From Eledone cirrhosa (lineage: Eukaryota), in contig OZ024741.1 in NCBI GenBank assembly GCA_964016885.1, forward strand, positions 269,204,001-269,268,000: 64,000 nt of DNA, read 5' to 3'. Position 1 is the first letter of the stretch. Each line of letters starts with the position of its first letter. This document shows positions 60,761 through 64,000 of the stretch, piece after piece. Below the pieces are notes generated by a model that searched no databases, was not told the origin of the DNA, and saw only the letters and a program-made list of their open reading frames with translations. Both the position numbers and the translations under genes were made by a program.

Positions 60761-61626
60761 GTATATGTATATATATGTATATATATATATATATATATGT
60801 GTATATATATAAATACATTATCGGAGGAAGCTTTTAGCGATACTCCGGCCAAATCCCAACGCACTCAACAAACATTAGGAAATAAGTGAGTATATTCCTA
60901 ATTAAACGTTCGGGGTGCTAACTAATTGTTGGATAGTCTTGGTTTCTTGCTCTATTTTTTTTATTTAACTTGTATCACATTCGCAACAACGCAGCACGCC
61001 ATTTTTCATTTATATATATACATACATACGCATACATATACACACGCGTACATGTACATAAATATCCATATATATATGTATATACATGCGTACACACACA
61101 TAAATATATACACACGCACGTACACAATATAAGGAAGAGTTGGTAAAATCCAGCATTTGGGTTTCTGCAACTCCTAAATCAAGTACTGTCTGCTTAGACA
61201 AATAATGTTAAGCTTTTGGTAAGATGATGGAACAAGGATGTCACTTTCTCAACAGGCTTTTAGTTCAAGTGCCAAGCGAAGGACTGACCGTTATCAAAAC
61301 ACACGTGGGATCGACAAGGGGGGCAACCCTTAGTTTTGGCGGATGAATTCAGTATGTGTGTTATTATTGCAAAATTAAGTTCTCAACAGAATGGTTTTAA
61401 AATTAACAAAAGCTATTCATTAGTCAATAGAATTAACTAAAAAAAATCAAGAAAATTAACTGGTCAATAGCTAGACTCTGGAGATTAATACAAATATAAA
61501 TTAGCGAGAATCGTATTTCGGCTATTGGAAATTAGCGAAAAACAACTTCCGAGTTGTGTGGCAAGCGCTCCATAGAAGCTAGTGAACTAGAGCTACAACA
61601 TAAGTTAATATATATATATATATATA

Positions 61627-61667
<41 letters not shown>

Positions 61668-61865
61668 TTCACGCACAAATATATACACATACATGTATAC
61701 GTACACACATCCATACATATACGTACCCACACGTACGTGTACACACACGTATACGCGCGCATACATATGTATGTATAGGTATAGTCATACTTAAGACAAA
61801 CAATATAAAGGGACTAAGCGAGGAAACACACCCAATTATAAAAATGACATATAAAAATGAAAACG

Positions 61866-61918
<53 letters not shown>

Positions 61919-62024
61919 ATAATAATAAAATTGAAGACTAAAATCCAAAGAGGGCTCAATAAGGAAAATATATATCAAATATATAAGAACCGTAGAGCAA
62001 CTATTTATTAAAATAACAGATTAA

Positions 62025-62075
62025 AGTTTAAGCAAAGAATCGCTGCTTTCACCCTTAACGGGATCTTCTGAAACT
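62025..62075 (-). ncRNA. Hammerhead-like motif with variant core CAGAAGA (also 47189-47239 and 50936-50986)
   Basis: AGUUU-CAGAAGA-uCCC guuaa GGGu-GAAA-GCA..UGC-UU^-AAACU. Confidence 0.5.
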
Positions 62076-63003
62076 AACAAAGTCAATCTGTAAACGCAGA
62101 ACTGGATATTTAAAAAAACGTTGCAACCGGAGGAAGACAGGAAGACGATACTTTGGTTCGTGGTAACGTTCGCTGGCAAAGAACGGGAAAAAACGAATAA
62201 TACGTCATTAATAGGAGCAGTGAAAAACAATTACGCGCAAAGACAAAACCACGTTTATGGTATAAAAGAGGTCGTAGACTAATGTTCTCTTAGGTGGTGC
62301 ATAGAGACGTTCTCTGGCAATGAACGAAAAAACGAAGATAATAAGTCATATGTGGAGCGTGGAGAACAAAAGCACGCAAAGACAAAACCACGTAAATGGT
62401 ATAGCAGAAGTCGTAGACTAAAATTGTAACTAGGAGACCAAATGAATCTCCGCTACAGAGTTAAGAACAAAGTAAATAAATACAATACAGAAGTAATAGA
62501 AACAAATAAATACATACACGCAAACAGATACGTACATACACAAGCATACGCAAAACCTGACCATAGGTATACAAAACCACGCACATATAAATATGTGTGT
62601 GTGTGTATGCTTGTGTACAAATAAATAAATAATTATATAAACGTATATAAGTAAATAAATACGTATATAACAAGCGCACGCACACACCTACATATAAATA
62701 CACGAATGTTCGGAGACGTAAGTCAACTAAAATAAGAAGTACGCATATACACACACCCACCATACGTACGAACCTGCATACTCACTCGGACGCAAAACTC
62801 CCGTATACACATAGCCAAACCCTAAATTCCAGAATATGTAAAAATGATACGCCATAACAGTCAAATATACGTACGAGAAGGTATACATACCTTCACAAAA
62901 CATATGGGTAATATATACTTACCTATGCAAATAAGTAAAGGAATAAACAAAACATATACTTAGCTCCCACATCAAGACGTAAAATATCCGCGTATAGATC
63001 GTG

Positions 63004-63939
63004 CTATCCGTTAGGGTATAACGTGGGGCTGTAATACAGGAAAGTTTTGTGCAATTTATGTTTACAAGCCGAAATTGCCTCAGATTTTTTGTTTAAGATG
63101 TGGCCTGTGGCGTAGAGTATTTCCAGGGCCTCAGCGGCGCAGAGGTCACATGGTCTTTTATTTCCGTTATACGATCTAGCCCTAGCTAGGATCTCCCAGT
63201 GTAACTTATATTGGGTGTGGTTGTCTTTTAGACTCCAGATATAAGCTGAGAGTGACGTCATATTCCTTCTTAGAGGGTAACGAAAAGAATGGGTATGCAT
63301 GTAAAGACGCTGCTTGAAACTATTGGCGGTTAACCCTATGTAGGCCCTACGGGACGTGGGTGTTACAACCTTACATTTGTAGACAATGTTACTAGAGAGG
63401 CATTTCCCGGATAGGGGGCAATCAGCCCGATTCCTACAATTACAGTTAGTACTAACTACAGGGTTGCACGTGTTCCTACGGCTAGGTAGTTTAGCTAAAT
63501 TTGAAGCTGTGATGTTATTTGCAAGGTTAGGAGTCGTAGAGTAAGAAATTTTAATAGTATTTCTATTAAAAATTTTACTATATTTATGTGTAGGGGAAAA
63601 ATGCTTTGTAATAAGGGAAAGAAAGATCTTAGCTAATGGTGTGGCCACCTCCATATTATATGGTGGGTTAAACCAACAAATGCGACGGGATCTATTTCTT
63701 CTAGGTCTATTTTCATACTCTGTATATGCTACCTTATCGACAAATCCACTTCGAGCAAGAGCTTCATTGTAATAAGTGGAATGGTCGTTGAAAATGCGCT
63801 CGTTGGTGGAAAGACGGGAAAGCCTCAACGAAACGTTTCTTACCAGGTTCTTGGTTATGCTGGCAGGATGGTTGGAATGCTTACTTATGTAATTAAGCGT
63901 ATCATTCGGCTTTCTATACGGGTAGTACAACCCATTCAA
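63004..63939 (-). pseudogene. Penelope RT C-terminal region plus GIY-YIG endonuclease (open frame, 5'-truncated)
   Basis: PYRKPN..YI..SNHP, WFNPPY, IFNRNTIKISYS, CNC..CPL..C, IVYKCKV..YIGLT..FKQR and CDLC..E motifs. Confidence 0.9.
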
Positions 63940-64000
63940 TAAATTGAGGGTCCCGTTAAGGGTGAAAGCAGCGATTCTTTGCTTAAACTTTAATCTGTTA

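Larger units (their letters stand above)
61916..64000 (-). mobile_element. Penelope element, 5'-truncated, with inverted terminal repeat starting ~63951
   Basis: ORF 63004-63939. 63951-64000 is the reverse complement of ~62014-62063. Confidence 0.88.

Overview
Repeat-rich animal genomic DNA. A cephalopod such as Octopus is likely, inferred from the SINE types, huge (TA)n/(TG)n tracts, abundant Penelope elements and a single-coding-exon C2H2 gene. Only one host gene is evident: a C2H2 zinc-finger CDS at 32264-33298 (-). The rest is decayed mobile DNA: three Helitrons, Tx1/L1-like, RTE and CR1-like LINEs, tRNA-derived SINEs, hAT and piggyBac MITEs, several Penelope-like element (PLE) families, mini/microsatellites and a ~3.75 kb tandem duplication. 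The most notable signal, invisible in the ORF track, is a dense set of type I hammerhead ribozyme folds from at least four sequence families. These include a non-coding 542-nt tandem monomer with one hammerhead (retrozyme-like), back-to-back hammerheads in fold-back PLE termini, and an intact hammerhead sense to and downstream of the zinc-finger gene. All folds were derived by eye, and many boundaries are approximate.
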